Shown here piece by piece: positions 63,013 to 64,000 of a DNA stretch of 64,000 nt. Numbering within the stretch: position 1 is the stretch's first letter; every line of letters starts with the position of its first letter. The stretch comes from a virus. Its lineage: Duplodnaviria; Caudoviricetes. A model generated the notes under the pieces. It searched no databases and had not been told where the DNA came from. It was given only the letters and a program-made list of their open reading frames with translations. The stretch is taken from the IMG/VR virus record IMGVR_UViG_3300021086_000004, positions 1-64,000 of that record; one strand, given 5' to 3'. A program made the position numbers and the translations under genes.

Positions 63013-63030
63013 TGCGCAACGCTATGCCGT

Positions 63031-63315
63031 TCACTCGTCTACCGCGTGCCTCGGCTGCCGCCACACCCGCCCACCCGCAGGCCACTCCGCCGGGCGCGGA
63101 TGCTCCACCCACTCCGCCGTCTCCGCGTACGTGAGGGCCAGCAGCGACGGGTGCCCGGGCGGGTTCCCGTGGACCCTCCGCGCCCATTCGGCGAGCTCGA
63201 CCTGGAGCGCCCAGTCCGCGGCCGTGTACCAGCGGCGGTCCAGCGGCCCGCCTGTCGGGGCGACCAGCTCTTCGCCGGACTTCGGGGGCTGACGGCGTGG
63301 GGCGTGGCGGCTCAC
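63031..63315 (-). CDS. Hypothetical protein
   Basis: GTGA overlap; GGPLD motif. Confidence 0.55.
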   Translation of the reverse strand: MSRHAPRRQPPKSGEELVAPTGGPLDRRWYTAADWALQVELAEWARRVHGNPPGHPSLLALTYAETAEWVEHPRPAEWPAGGRVWRQPRHAVDE

Positions 63316-63692
63316 GGCGGCGGCCCATTTGCCAACTCAAGGAGTACGTCGGCGTGGCACGGCCACGGCTGCCCGTCCGCGTCGACCAGCGGGCACCAGC
63401 AGGCAAGGTAACGGCCGGCCAGTTCGCGGCGGATGTCGACCGCGATCAGCCACGCCTGCTCCCGGAACAACGCCACCGCCCGCTCTGCGGCCTCGGCCTT
63501 GGTCGGGTACTCGCCGTGGTTCGCCCAGTCGTCGCGGGTGTCGCCGACGCACCAGCCGGTCCAGCGGGAGGCATCGCCGATGCGGCCGACGGTGTACGGG
63601 TTCCCGAACTTCGTGGGCCGGCCGACGTATACGGCACCGGCCGCAAGCCGGTAGCCCCTCGTGCGCTGGCGCTGGATCCGCTGCGGGCTCAT
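63312..63692 (-). CDS. DUF4326 family protein
   Basis: VYVGRPTKFGNPY...ELAGRYLACWCP...CHADVLLELAN. Confidence 0.92.
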   Translation of the reverse strand: MSPQRIQRQRTRGYRLAAGAVYVGRPTKFGNPYTVGRIGDASRWTGWCVGDTRDDWANHGEYPTKAEAAERAVALFREQAWLIAVDIRRELAGRYLACWCPLVDADGQPWPCHADVLLELANGPPP

Positions 63693-63997
63693 GTCTCGGC
63701 CGGGACGGTCTCGGGCTGGCACCAGCAGTCCCGGCCGTCCGTCCAGTGCTCCGGGTGCATCGACGCCAGCGACCCTTGGTGGATGACGAGCGGGCGTTGC
63801 CGGTCCGTCCGGGTCGCCCACTCCGCGACTGTCCGGACGCGCCCGAACGTGGTGTCCGAATGCAGCGGGTCGGGGTTGGCCGGGCGGCCGTTGTCGGGGC
63901 ACGGCGCGTGGTGGCAGTGGACGACACACGCGGACGTTGCGGCGAACGGGCCGGTGGCGCTGTCGGCGACCACGGACACCACGCAATGCGCGCTCAC
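63689..63997 (-). CDS. Cys/His-rich hypothetical protein
   Basis: Coupled; DCWCQP. Confidence 0.55.
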   Translation of the reverse strand: MSAHCVVSVVADSATGPFAATSACVVHCHHAPCPDNGRPANPDPLHSDTTFGRVRTVAEWATRTDRQRPLVIHQGSLASMHPEHWTDGRDCWCQPETVPAET

Positions 63998-64000
63998 GCC

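Larger units (their letters stand above)
1..64000 (-). mobile_element. Actinobacterial siphovirus genome or prophage (ends not defined in the window)
   Basis: Terminase, portal, protease, HK97 capsid, neck, tail tube, chaperone, tape measure, endolysin and holin in canonical order; frequent ATGA/GTGA gene overlaps; no integrase seen. Confidence 0.95.

Noticed and set aside
1-64000. Integrase/att sites, diversity-generating retroelement, invertible tail segment
   Set aside because: No recombinase, reverse transcriptase, template/variable repeat pair or long terminal inverted repeats were seen in the window

Overview
The window is almost entirely a GC-rich actinobacterial siphovirus genome (phage or prophage), transcribed mostly on the minus strand. 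From right to left it carries: (1) an early region (about 42-64 kb) of many small genes plus an Rnl2-type RNA ligase, RecE/RecT-like recombination genes, DUF1643, VRR-NUC, a Mom-like GNAT, ASCH, an AAA_28 kinase, a C5 DNA methyltransferase and a DEDDh exonuclease; (2) terminase small and large subunits; (3) an XRE-Rep-iteron insert; (4) portal-MuF, ClpP protease, HK97 capsid, decoration, neck and tail genes; (5) a lysis region broken up by three plus-strand accessory islands. The most notable island encodes a Ro60/TROVE protein preceded by a promoter-driven tandem array of three Y-RNA-like ncRNAs, two with a circularly permuted tRNA-like domain and one without. Also notable: two paralogous XRE + Rep + iteron modules (one split by a TAG inside an iteron), a tail terminator fused to a fibre-like domain, two tail-tube paralogs, a probable ATC start codon, and a shared 14-bp motif ahead of both late operons. 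No integrase, att site or CRISPR array is visible. All calls come from motif recognition by eye; no searches were run. Many start codons were trimmed from the ORF track using RBS or stop/start overlap evidence.
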